From an uncultured Clostridia bacterium (lineage in GTDB: Bacteria; Bacillota; Clostridia; Christensenellales; UBA1242), in contig CANBBP010000001.1 of NCBI GenBank assembly GCA_947366895.1, positions 200,365 to 264,364 on the forward strand: 64,000 bases of DNA, in the 5' to 3' direction. Position numbers and translations under genes: made by a program. The notes under the pieces were generated by a model. It worked only from the letters and a program-made list of their open reading frames with translations, was not told where the DNA came from and did not search any database. Positions 41,770 to 54,600 of this stretch are shown piece by piece; the stretch's first letter is position 1, and every line of letters begins with the position of its first letter.

Positions 41770-42185
41770 TACTTTTTGAAAAAAATTTTTTATAATTTTT
41801 TAAAACTAGTTAAAAAAATGCAAAATTAGACACTAAAAAGATTTTAAAAAATAAAAACTTAATATATTAATTAAAGTTAAATTCTATTTAAACATAATTC
41901 TTAATAAAATATAATTTAAATATATAAATATAATAACATTTTTAATTAAAAAAATAAATAGGCAATTTAAACAATTTAATAAAAAATTTAACCTTAAAAC
42001 TGATACAAGCGATTATAGGCAAACTAACTATTGTGAAACCTTTGCAGAAACTTTTGCAGAATAAAATGGCAATAAAACACCTAGCACTTTTACAAAAGCA
42101 ATAGGTATTTTACTTAATAAAAAATTAAAAAAAACATTGACAATTAATTTTTTAAAATTTAAAGTTAAAATAAGAGGTAATTAAT

Positions 42186-42473
42186 ATGCTATTAGATAGA
42201 CCATATTTTATGGAAAATGAAGATTGGTATAAAATTGTTGACATTGGGCATTGGGAATTAACGGAACTAGGGGAATCTATTCCAGAGGTTGCTAAAAGTT
42301 TTGAAGAATATCAAAAACAACTTAATGATTACGACCCATTCCCAGATATGACTAGACAAATGATAAAGGATGCCGAAAGTTCTTTGCGTGAAGACTACAC
42401 AAAACAAGGTTTAACACTAGAAGAAATAGAGAAAAAAGTTCAAGAATGGAAATACAAAATAACTCATAATTAA
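42186..42473 (+). CDS. hypothetical small acidic protein
   Basis: ORF track, 95 aa. AAGAGG RBS. A TTGACA box lies ~45 nt upstream. Ends before a bidirectional terminator shared with the giant ORF. Confidence 0.6.
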   Translation: MLLDRPYFMENEDWYKIVDIGHWELTELGESIPEVAKSFEEYQKQLNDYDPFPDMTRQMIKDAESSLREDYTKQGLTLEEIEKKVQEWKYKITHN

Positions 42474-42552
42474 ACTACTTGCTAAAAAGCTCTCACATAG
42501 AACTTTTATTTTAAACTGAATAATTCCTTTAAAAAAATAAATAAATTATAAT

Positions 42553-42589
42553 AAAAAAACAAATCCCAAAAAATAGGATTTGTTTTTTT
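42553..42589. terminator. bidirectional terminator between the 95-aa ORF and the giant ORF
   Basis: ACAAATCC/GGATTTGT core extended by an A7/T8 run, with a 9-nt loop. Confidence 0.7.
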
Positions 42590-42611
42590 TAAAATAAATT
42601 TATAACTTTTA

Positions 42612-45600
42612 TTAAGTTACTTGAATTAATTCTACAAAACAATATAAAATTTTGTTTGCATTAATGTCATTATCAATTAAAGCAGAACTAATTACACTTT
42701 TTAAATTAAATGTATTAGATGTTATAGAAACCTTTTTGTAGAAATAGTCTCCGTTTACATCTCGACCTGCAATAACAAGTTCATCACCTTGAACGTTGGA
42801 GCCATTGGCATAACCTAAAGTTACAGAACTAAAATCACGAACAGTTATTCCATCTTCAGATAATTCTTTATTTACATTAACCCCATCTGCAGAAATAACA
42901 ATAAGATTAGAGCCATTTCCTTTAATTAAAATAGAATTACTAATTAGTTCACCATTTTTCCAAATTAAAGGTTTAAATCCGTTTGAAGCAGAAATATTTG
43001 AAAATTGGGAAGAATAAGCTCTATTAATTTCTTCTTCAGGGTTTTCTGCAATACCGCTTGTTTCATAATAGCCTATAGCATCACAAATATAATTTTGACT
43101 ATTATATATTAGATATTCATCTTTACTAAAGCCTCTACCACGAGAGAAACCTATAATACCGCCAACATGAGCATTGTTTTCGTACTTACTATTAGCAGTC
43201 ATTCTACCATTATTAACACAACGAGATAAAATACCATTAGTTTCAATCATAGCAACTATTCCGCCTAGTCTACTAATTATATGATTATCAAAATCCTGAC
43301 AAGGTTCTAGGTATCCATTAAAGTAAGCATTTGAAATATAAGAATTATTCATATAACCTACAATTCCACCTACAAAATCATATTGATTTGTAAATGTCTT
43401 AACAATTCCACTGCTTTTAACACTTTCAAACTTAACTGTTTCAAGTGCATATCCAACAACACCACCTGCATAACTTCTTGAAGCATTTGATTTTGTTACA
43501 CCTGCAATATTAACATCACTAAAAGCACATTCAATTGTGTTTGGAATATTGTCTATATTAATATTGCCATCATCATTAATAGTTTTCCCTGCAACATAAC
43601 CTGCCACGCCACCTATATAAACATTTCCACCTTCTGAGAATGCACCTAAACCTATCTTTGATTTATCATCACTATCAATAACTCCTTCCGGTTTGCCTTC
43701 GGCATTTCGTTTTTCAACAACTTGATTATAATAAGGTTTTATATCTATATATCTTGCATATTTTGTAGATGTTGAACCTTCTTTTTTGTTATATGTTTTT
43801 TCTACATATACATTATTTAATATATAATCTTGACCTGTCATAGAGCCTATAGCTCCACCAACAAATATAGCAGAATTTGAAGTTACTGATATTGCTGTAG
43901 AAACATAAACATTTTCAATAGAAGTGTTAATACCTCTACCTACTATTGCTCCTGCATAAACATTAGTTTGATTACTACTTGAAACAATTTTAATAAATGA
44001 ATCAGTAATATCACCATTTACAATTTTTGCACCATTAGTATAACCAAATAATCCACCATAATTAAGCACTGAACTATCTATTGTTAAGCCCTTAATTCTA
44101 TGGCCATTCATATTAAATATTCCTTGGAATTGATATACTGAAGTTGAGCCTATAGGTGTCCAATATTTTCCGCTTAAATCTAAATCATTTAATAAAATAA
44201 ATTCAGCATTTGCAGTTAATAAACTTCCATTATTTACATTTGAAGATACCCATGCAAGTTCTTCTTCAGTAGCAACAAGATAATAAGTTTTTTTATAGCC
44301 TATACTATCGGAATTTTTATCTTTATAAAGACTTACCATCGTTTCAGTTATAATGCCATCATCTATATATCTTTGAACATAAATTGCGATATCTTCAACA
44401 TTTTCATAATTAATAGCAACAAGTGCTTCGCTTTCAGTGTTTTTCCAGTTGCCACCTAATCCACGAATTGAAGGATAATAAACTCCCTTAACAGGCTTGT
44501 TTAATGTATATTCATTCTCTTGAGTCCAAATTGAACTAAGATTATTATTATCATCAATCAAGTTTTCAAAAAGAGGTTTGTCTTCTTCAGCATTTCCTGT
44601 TGGTAAAATAATTCGTAAATATTCACCATTTTCCTTTACGCAATAAATTCTAGGATCTATTTCAGCAGTAGCACCAGAACCATCTACAAAATTAGATGCT
44701 AAATTAAATACATTTATTAATGAACAATTTCCTTTTGCAATACCTGCAATCACATTTCCGCAATCTCTAGGATTGCTACCTTCATATAAGGCAGTAGTAA
44801 AGATATTACCATTAACATTATTATAACTGTTACTAATTGAAGAATTTTCTAAATTACCTACTAGTCCACCAGTTGCCACTACTTCACTTGATACTCCTGT
44901 TGTTTTAATAGGTAGATTATTAAAACTATAATATATACCTTTTGTTATGTCATCAGTTTCAACCGAAGAACAATTTAAAGCATTATAAACAATTCCACCT
45001 GCTCCTTTGATACCAGAAATAACAGCATCTAAACTTTCTTCTGCTCCATCGGTATATATTCTTGAAATTCTAGTATTTTTAGCTTGATAAACAAGACCTG
45101 AAGCATAAGAGACATTTTGAACGATAGTATTTTCTAATCCAACATCATTAATAGTTGCATTTTCACAAACACCAAATAAGCCACCGAATTCTTTATTTTC
45201 TATAAATGCTCCATCTATAGTTAAATTTCTAATAACATATCCATTACCATCAAATGTACCTTTAAAAGGATTGTCAAGAGTACCTATAGGTGTCCAATAT
45301 CTATTTGATAAATCAATAAAGTTAATTAAACGAATAGTAATGTTTGTAGTATCTAATTCACCTGAATTTATTGCACTTGATAGATATGCTAACTCTTCTG
45401 CAGATTTAACAACAAAACTTCCATTTTCTTGTGCAACTTCTTCCTGTTTATCACTCCACATTGAAGAAGCATTATTATCTTTTAATGAAGGATACCATGT
45501 ATCATAGAATTGTTGCCAAACACCTTCGCCTGTTTCTTCATTAACAAAATTCCATTCGCTATCATAAGTATTTTTATTTTTTAAACTAGTTATTAATTTA

Positions 45601-48600
45601 GGATAATTAGAATCTCCATCCTCAGTATAAAAATCTTTACCTTCTTCATCAGTTTTATTTTCATCAAGTAAACAATAAGCTTTATAAATAGTATTACCAC
45701 TATAAGCAGAATCTCTTAAATAATAGTTTGATGTAAATTGCATATTAAAGTTTGCATAACCTGCTATTGCTCCTAATCCATTATAGAATTTTTCAATAGC
45801 AACAATACTTATGTATCCTACATTTAAACTTGTATTAACAGATAATTTATTTTCGGTTCTAATATTTCTAAATATAATTTCTCTACCTGAAGAAACATCT
45901 TCATAATAAGAAGCCCCAACAATACCACCAACGTATAACCAACTGCTACTTGTAACTTGAATATCACCTGAATTATAGCAATCGTTAATTTCTCTACTTC
46001 CTCTAGTAATATTTGTTCCGCCTGCAACACCACCTACTATAACACTTGCAGTTCTTCTAGTAATTGTATAAACCTCTATATTATTTGCATTATAACTACG
46101 TTCTATATTAGCACTTGTAGAACCTACTACACCACCAATTGATATAAATGAACTGGAAGTTGTACTTAGGTTGAAGTCTATTTTACCTTCATTTCCACAA
46201 TTTATAATATCATCTTTTGCCCAACCCACAATTCCACCAACAAAGGCCGAAGCAGTATTTATGTTACTTAAACCAACACTATATATATTGTTATATACAA
46301 TACTTATAGTTGCATAATTTTTGGAATCTACAACTTGAGTTTGTTTTTGAGTTATACCTACTATTCCACCGACATTTAATAAATGAGCATTAGAATTTAT
46401 GGTTATATTTCCATAATTATTTAAGTTAATAAAGTTATTACCAATTAAATCTATATCACCAACAATTCCAGAAACATTAAGTTCAATTTTAATAGAACTT
46501 GAAGAATAGTTAGTACTTGTATTTACTGCACTAATATCTCCAAAGTTAGTTAAACCACTAAACATATAATTAGTAACATCACTTTCGATATGTCCTATTA
46601 CTCCACCTAAATTAATTTGTTGATTTTGATTAAAATCAATATTTAAGTGGTCAATATCACCATAGTTTACACTATCTATAATATTTATAGTTTGAACCCT
46701 ATTTGTAGTAATTATTTTACCTATTATTCCACCGCCAGTTTCTTCAGCAGTTACATTATTACGATTTAGCACATTTTCAACGTTTGTTGTTCCTTCTGCT
46801 ATTGCAATAATTCCACCTGCAGTTACACCATAAATATCTCCACCGAAAGTTGATAAATTAATAATAGATGCATTTCTTACATATCCAAATAATCCGCCTA
46901 TTGAACCTGTTAATTCGTTAGATATTTCATTAACTGTTGTATATTTAATAGTGTGACCATTACCATTGAAAGTTCCTTCAAATGCATTTTCTTCACTACC
47001 AATAGGTACCCAGAACTTACCACTTAAATCAACATCATTTTCTAGAGTAATAGTTTTACCAACAAACCCATTACCAGCATTAACCATATTAGCAAACATG
47101 GCAAGTTGTTCAGGAGTTGATATTGTTAAATTGCCTGAATTAATTTCTTCTTCAGTCCACTCTTCACTTGCAAAAGTATTCCATAAATAAACATCAGCAT
47201 ATTCTAAGTTTATTAAATATTTATCAGCTTCATCGTATGCGGCATTTTTAAAGAAATTATCAGGTACTTTCCAATATCCATTACCAATAAAACTATTATA
47301 AATAACTTGTTTACTACTTAAGTCTAAAAGATAAGTATAATTTAAATTACTACCATTTGGAGTTCTTACACTAATATAATTTTTAGATGTATCGTATTCA
47401 TAGGTAATATCTATTGAAGAAACTTCCCAACATCTTTGAGTGTTTTCAGTATTATCTAAATGTAATTCTTTTTGTGTAACATTTATTGATAGTTTTATTA
47501 TTCTAGTATTGTTTGGTAAAGAAAAATCAATATTGCCATAAACCATACGATAATCAATAGTATCTGCATTACCTGTTGATTCAGTAATATCACCTAAATT
47601 GTTTATTTCTAAACCATTTATATAAACACTTGTAATATTTTGTAAATCTTCAAAACTCTTAAACGTATACTCATTATTTACTTTACTACCTGTAGAACGA
47701 GAAGTATTTATTACAACATCGTTTATACCATTTGTAGGATATTGAGTAGTTTTTACAAACTTTTGTAATCTTCTATAACGAATATAATATAAATCTCTAT
47801 TTTCTTGTTCATAATAAATTTTAAATTGAGATTCACTTCCTATTTTTTCAAAAACACCAATATCATTTTTAATATAAATTATTCCAAAATGTTGAATATA
47901 TTCATCATAGTCTTTTGGTATATTGCTAATAGTCCACTCTATACCATTATCTATCCAGAAAGTATCTGTAAAATCTATTTTAACATAAAAGTCTTCAGGA
48001 TTTTCAACATTCCATTTTATCAAATCAAAAATATAATCAACGCAAGGAGTTCCTATTTTATCGCCACCCTTATTTTCAGTTTCCTTCATTGTATAACTTA
48101 TATTAGTGTTAGTATCTTCATAATAAGCTTCTCTAGTTGAATATGGGAAAACTGCTTGACTTCCATCAGTACCTGTTAAAATACTTTTAATACCAGTTCT
48201 AACATCTGCAATAATATCCATTGTATTTGAAAAATATGCAACTTTAAGATATTTTTGGGGAGTTACAGCATTAGTTGAAGTATAAAGAGTGTTTGTATAA
48301 AAATTAAAATTATCAAATTCAATAAAATTATCTTTTGAAGCTGAATTTGCAATTAAACCTATAAATCCACCAATAGGATTATTATTAATTAATAAATATT
48401 CATATTGCCAATAATCAATAGCTAACCAGTTATTTGCAGCTACGCAATTTCTAATTATGGTTTTTTCTTCACCATCAACTGAAGTTGTTGCAATGGCTTC
48501 TTCACTATAACCCGATTTTATAACAAGCATGCTATCATTAGCTGTTCCTATAAGTCCACCTATAATGCCTTTAGACATTACAGAACCTGTAGCAATAACA

Positions 48601-51600
48601 TTTTCTAATGTGCCTGTAATCATTCTTCCTACGGCACCACCAGAAATTTTAGTATTATTATCTCTTACATCAACTGTAGAAATTGAATTGGATAATAATC
48701 CACCATTGTTAAGTCCTACAAGGCCACCACTTGCAACAGCACTATCGCTACCTGCACTAGAACGGAATAATAAATTTTCAATTAAATTTGATGAAGCAAC
48801 TTTAACTGATGAATAACTTTCTAATTCTCTATAACTTACTGAACTACTATAAATCTTGCCTCTATTTTCGCCAACAAGACCACCTGCATAAACACTGGCT
48901 TCAATATAATTATTTGGAGTATTTGCAATGTCGACATTAGCATAATTTACTATACTATCTCTACCAACAAGACCAAATACCATACCAACAACACCACCAG
49001 TAATATGAACATTACCATAGGTGTGAATATTACTTGCGTTATATTTTCGTTGAGTAGAATCATCTATAACTTCGTTACAATCTAATATACCCGCTACTCC
49101 GCCTGCATAAGCAATATTTTTTATATCTTTATTTTCAGTATAAAGAACATTTTTTACATTTCCACTTGATACATCTTTTGTAGCATTAACATTTGCAGAA
49201 ACAGTAATATCTTTAATTATAACGTCACCAAGAATAATACCAGCAAGGCCACCAGCCACATTTTTGCCTTGAATATAAGCATTCCTTGAATCCATACCAT
49301 TAATATTAATATTGTTTAGTATAAGTTTGGTGCCTGTATTTTTTGTTTTATCTGTATGAATTATACCAGCTAATGCTCCTACTCTTTCATGTGTATTAGA
49401 TAAAACTTCCACAATATTTAAAGAAAGGTTTGAAATAACAGTATTAAAGTTTTTAATATCAGGTACAGTACTTATTGAACTAAATAATCCAAAGGCTTCT
49501 TGGTCATCTACAATAAAATCATCACCTGGAGTTATATTTCCATTTAGGTAATTTACATAAGAAATTGATATTTCATTTAATGACATGTAATTTCCTTGTA
49601 AGCAACCTTGGAAATTTGAATAAACTGTTTTAGGTAAGAAATATCCTTCTTTACCAATAAAGTCAATATCTTTAATAATTCTATAAAAATTACCTGCTGT
49701 ATTTTCTTTTAAGTAATATTCAAAAGACTTATAATCGTTAATAATTTTAGGATTTGTTCTTGCACCTTTAGGAGCAGTATTTTGAGAACTACTACTATAA
49801 TAATAAGATGCGTTTTCCAACTCTTTATAATCTATATGACTAATAATGCCTTTATCATTAAACTCTAATTCAATAGTATCATTTGCTCTAAAATTATTAT
49901 CTTCAATATGAGATGAGCCTTCTTGATAACTAACATCTAACACTTCAGTACCATATTGAGCTGAAATAAGTTTTTTACTTTTTATTTCACCATTTTCTAA
50001 ATCTATTTTAAATACAATGGTTATAGCCTCATTTTTTTCGGTTGTATTTGCTTTTTCTATTGTTTCGCTATTTTCATTAGAACCTTTTTTCTTAGAGAAA
50101 TAATAAGTAAAAGTATTTTTTCTATTATCTTGAATTGTATAGAAAATCAATTCATTTTCTGTTAAATATGGAATATCTAAGCCTTTTGGATTTGAATAAT
50201 AATTTGTTCTTATTCTATCTAAACCAATATTAACCGGAGTTGAAGAAACAAAATTAACAACTTGTTTTTCATCATAATATGTGTATATATCTTTTTTGTA
50301 ATTTTTGGTTTTACCTAAGTATTCACATTGACTAATAGTTTTAATTAAAGTTGAAACTATAACAGGCTTACCTTCTATAATAACCCATGTATATCCATCA
50401 ACATAACTATAAGTTTCTTCACTATCAGCATAAGTTAAATCATCATTATAAACAAGAGATAAATCAAAACTTACAAAATTAGTATGAGTAGAAAATTCAT
50501 CAAGAGTTAATTTTTTTGCTGTCTTTTGTTCATTTGTACTTGCCCATTGAACATTAGTCCAAGTTTCACCAGTCAAGTAATAGCAATTATTTAACACCCC
50601 ATTTATGGTTATTTTATAATCTGCAGAATTAGTACCAGCAAATGGTGAAGCAATTCTACTATTATCCGAACTTGATTTGTAACTTATTGAATAACATCTT
50701 GAGATTTCACTTGATGAAGTTTCTCCATACACAAAGCCAGCTAAGGTACTTGATGATTGTAAAGATATGTTTGAATAACAATCAGAAATTTTTCCACTAT
50801 TATTATAAGCAAAGCCACCCACATCACCTTTTGCAACTATACCTAAACCTGTATTTCTTATATCATTGTCATTATTTGCCCTATAACCTTGAACATAGCA
50901 CTCATTTATTGTAGCACTATTGTTATAAACAAAGCCTGCAGTAACATCACTTGATTCATTTATTATAGAACTTTCATTTAAGAAAGTAGAAACTATCTTT
51001 CCGTTATTAATTCCAACTACACCGCCTGTTATACCATAACAAGAAAAATCAAAATTAAATATAGAAGAATTTGTAATATATCCTGTAACACTATTTGTAG
51101 CAACTAAGCCACCATTTAAAGCTTGAGGTATTGTTCCTACATTAACATTATTATTAAGAACAATATTTAATTTTCCAGTTACTTTACAATTTGTTAAAAC
51201 ACCATCATTTGTCCCCGCTATTCCTCCAAATGTCATTGATTTTACATACAATTGTGTAACATTTAAAGGTGAGGAACTAGGCACTAGTCTTGTTGCTCCA
51301 TTTGTATTTATAATCCTATCGGTGAAATAAACTGTAACATTGCATAGTAAGGATTTTTCACTAACATTATCAAATAATCCTAATACACATTTATCATCAT
51401 AGCTACTATCATATCCAAAACTTGTAATATAGATATTATAATTATTACCATCTAAACTAGCAATAGCAGTTGATATAGGTGTGTAGTTGCTTAACTCGAT
51501 ATCGTTTACTAATCTATAATCAAAGCCTTCTTGCATATTTAAAAATTCTTCAGGAGTAGAAATAGGAATAGCATTTATTAAATCTGATTTATAAATAAAG

Positions 51601-54600
51601 TTTAAAATAAAATTATCTTCAAATTTAAATGTAGTATCAAAGGTTGAATCTATCATTGAAATAGAATAATGATAAACATTTGGTATACCATTAACTTCTA
51701 CTAACTTATTACCGCCACCCTCATTGTTTGTATAAGAAATGTTAGTACGCAATGAAATTTTAGAATTTCTATCTATTTGATAGCCATACACAGCAATATA
51801 TTCATTATATTGTTCTACACCAAAAGTAGAATTGTTGTAATCTTTGCTAACTTGTAAGTAACCTGAATCATTATTATTTGAATCGTAGAACCATACACCA
51901 GAAACTTTAGTTGAAGCACTATTTTCTTTATAGTTATAACTTGCCTTTGCTATAGCATTTGATAACTGAATAAAATATCTTGAGAAGTATCTTTCAATTT
52001 CATAACCGCAAGCTGTAAGATATTTATATAACATATCACTTGCATCGTTAGTTTCTCCATGATATTTATACCATCTTGAATACCAGTTATCGCCATCTGC
52101 TGTATTTACTAAAGATTCATCATATAATACATCTAAATTTACTAATAATGGAGTTGTTGTAGACATAGGAATTGTCATATAACCGTTTGATACATTCTGA
52201 GCTGTTACACCAGTTACAGTAAATAAAGTAACCACAAAAGTTTGACTAAATGAATATGTCCTTTCATTATCTCTTATAGTAGCAGTTATAGTAAAATGCT
52301 TTCCTATACAATTAGTAGAAAGAACATTGTCAGCCGACATATTACCATCATATTTAAATACTCTTAATTCGTATTCACCTTCATCATTTTTATAAGGTGT
52401 TAAAACATCTTTTTCATTTTGAGTTAAAATATGGTCTTTAGAAGAAACATTCCATGTAATATCCCCTTCATAATTAACTAAATTTATTTTCATATTTTGT
52501 TTAGTATTTATAGGTAGATAATATAAATCATTAGAACCTTTTAATTTTTCATCAAAAGTGTAAGTAATTGAAGGTTGAACAATAGTTGTAAAATTATAAG
52601 TGTATGTTTCAATTATTGTGCCATCACGATTTAAGAATTCTACATAAAAAGTAAAATTAGTTTTATCAGGAACATCAGTACCAGCAAGCAAACTAAAGAA
52701 ATATATTTTGCTATAAGAATAGGTACCATTTGTATTTAATAAGTAACTATCTTGACCACTTGACTTTTCAACTTTCATAATATCAGACATGTCAAGGATA
52801 GAACCTGAATCTGGATAATTTGTTAAGAATTGACCAGATGCTCCAGTAATATCATAACTAAGTTGAGTTACCAAGAGAGGATATGAACTAGGATTTCTAT
52901 AATAAACCCTCATACTATTATAATTACTAAAATATGGATAAACTTCTATAGAAAGCACTCCAACCTGACCATTATAAATAACGGAATTTTTATTTGGATT
53001 TTGTGGGAAATCGCTAATCTTAGTATACATAGTGCCATAAACTTGATTAATTTTATCCTGACTAACGATAACAAACTTTAATGAAGTTTTTATTGTTGGG
53101 TCGCTAACAGCCCAAAATTCAAACATATATAATAAATCATTTTCCACAGCATTAAGTTTATCTTTATAATTAATAGTATATGTAGCAGAGATACTTTCTA
53201 GAGTTTTATTTGTATCATCAGTGTAATTATAAGTAATGTTACTTTTTACTATAGATAATAAATTATCAGCATTTGCTATTGAAAAATTATCTAAAATTTC
53301 ATCAAACTCATAATCTGTAAATAATGTTACAGTAAAAGTATGAGTTTCTAACTGAGAAATTTCCACTGATTGAGAAACATCAATATTATTTTCTAAAATA
53401 ATATCTGTAGCCCCTTTAATTAAAGAAAGGGTGAAGCTACCAGAAAATTTTTCTAACATTATTGTAGACTCTATAGTATTAAAAATAGATTTTATATATG
53501 GTATATATTCTATCTTTAATTTATGATTTTCTGCCATTGCAATTAAAGGAGTTATAACAGGATTTCTACCGCTTGATATATCAACATACCAGTATTCACC
53601 ATCATATAGCCAAGTATCACCATTAAATTTAAATAAACTATTAATATCTACTTCATCTAAGTCTTCTAAAATTTTATCTAAACTAGTAATGCCATTATTA
53701 GCATCTTCTTCACTAACTCCAGAAGCAACTCTAAATCTTATTCCCACATCATTGGAAGATTTTAATTTAGCATCTTTTTCATGCTCTAAGTCACGATAAT
53801 AATCTACTTCAACAAATAAAGTTTGAGTACGAGATTTTAATAATTCAATATCTCTTCCATTTAAACTAATGTTAGCGGAAATATTGTCATAAACATTAAC
53901 TTCTCTAACTCCGTATTTAACAACAATAAAAATTTCAGCTTTATAATTTGCATTTAACTTAGAAGATATTGTTAATGTAACCTTACCCTCACCCATTATT
54001 TTTAATGTTCCATTAGAGTTAATAGATATAACCTTAGAATTACTTGTTGCGATATCAAGCCTTGCACTTTTACTTGTGGTAGGTAAAACATACAAATTAA
54101 TAAAATCTAAGAAACTAACAATATTAAGTTTATTAATATCTTCAGCAAGATATCTAGTTAAATAATCATAGTTAAAGAACATAATTAAGGAATTGTCTTT
54201 ATCTCTTATATAACTAATAAACTCTTTTTCATCACTTTTAACAATAGCAGAAACATTAATAGGAGTGGTTGCAAATAAAGGTTCTATTCTACCAGAAGAA
54301 AAGGTTATTGTTAAATAAGGTAATCCGCTGTTTGTTCTTGAATCAATCTCCCAGCCATTAGTTGCAGTAAAATTAGAAATAATTTGTTCTGCTGTTATGT
54401 TTTGATTAGGACTAATACTATCCCTAATAGTAACAGCATTTGCTTTTGTGTCACTAGCAATATAGTAATAATAACCTTGAATATTAGGATTAATTAAATT
54501 ATGACTTATTCCATTATTTGCATAGCCATATCCTATAACAAATACATCACTTATATTCATGGTTGAGTTATTAGGTTGTAGTATAAATAAATCGGCTGTT

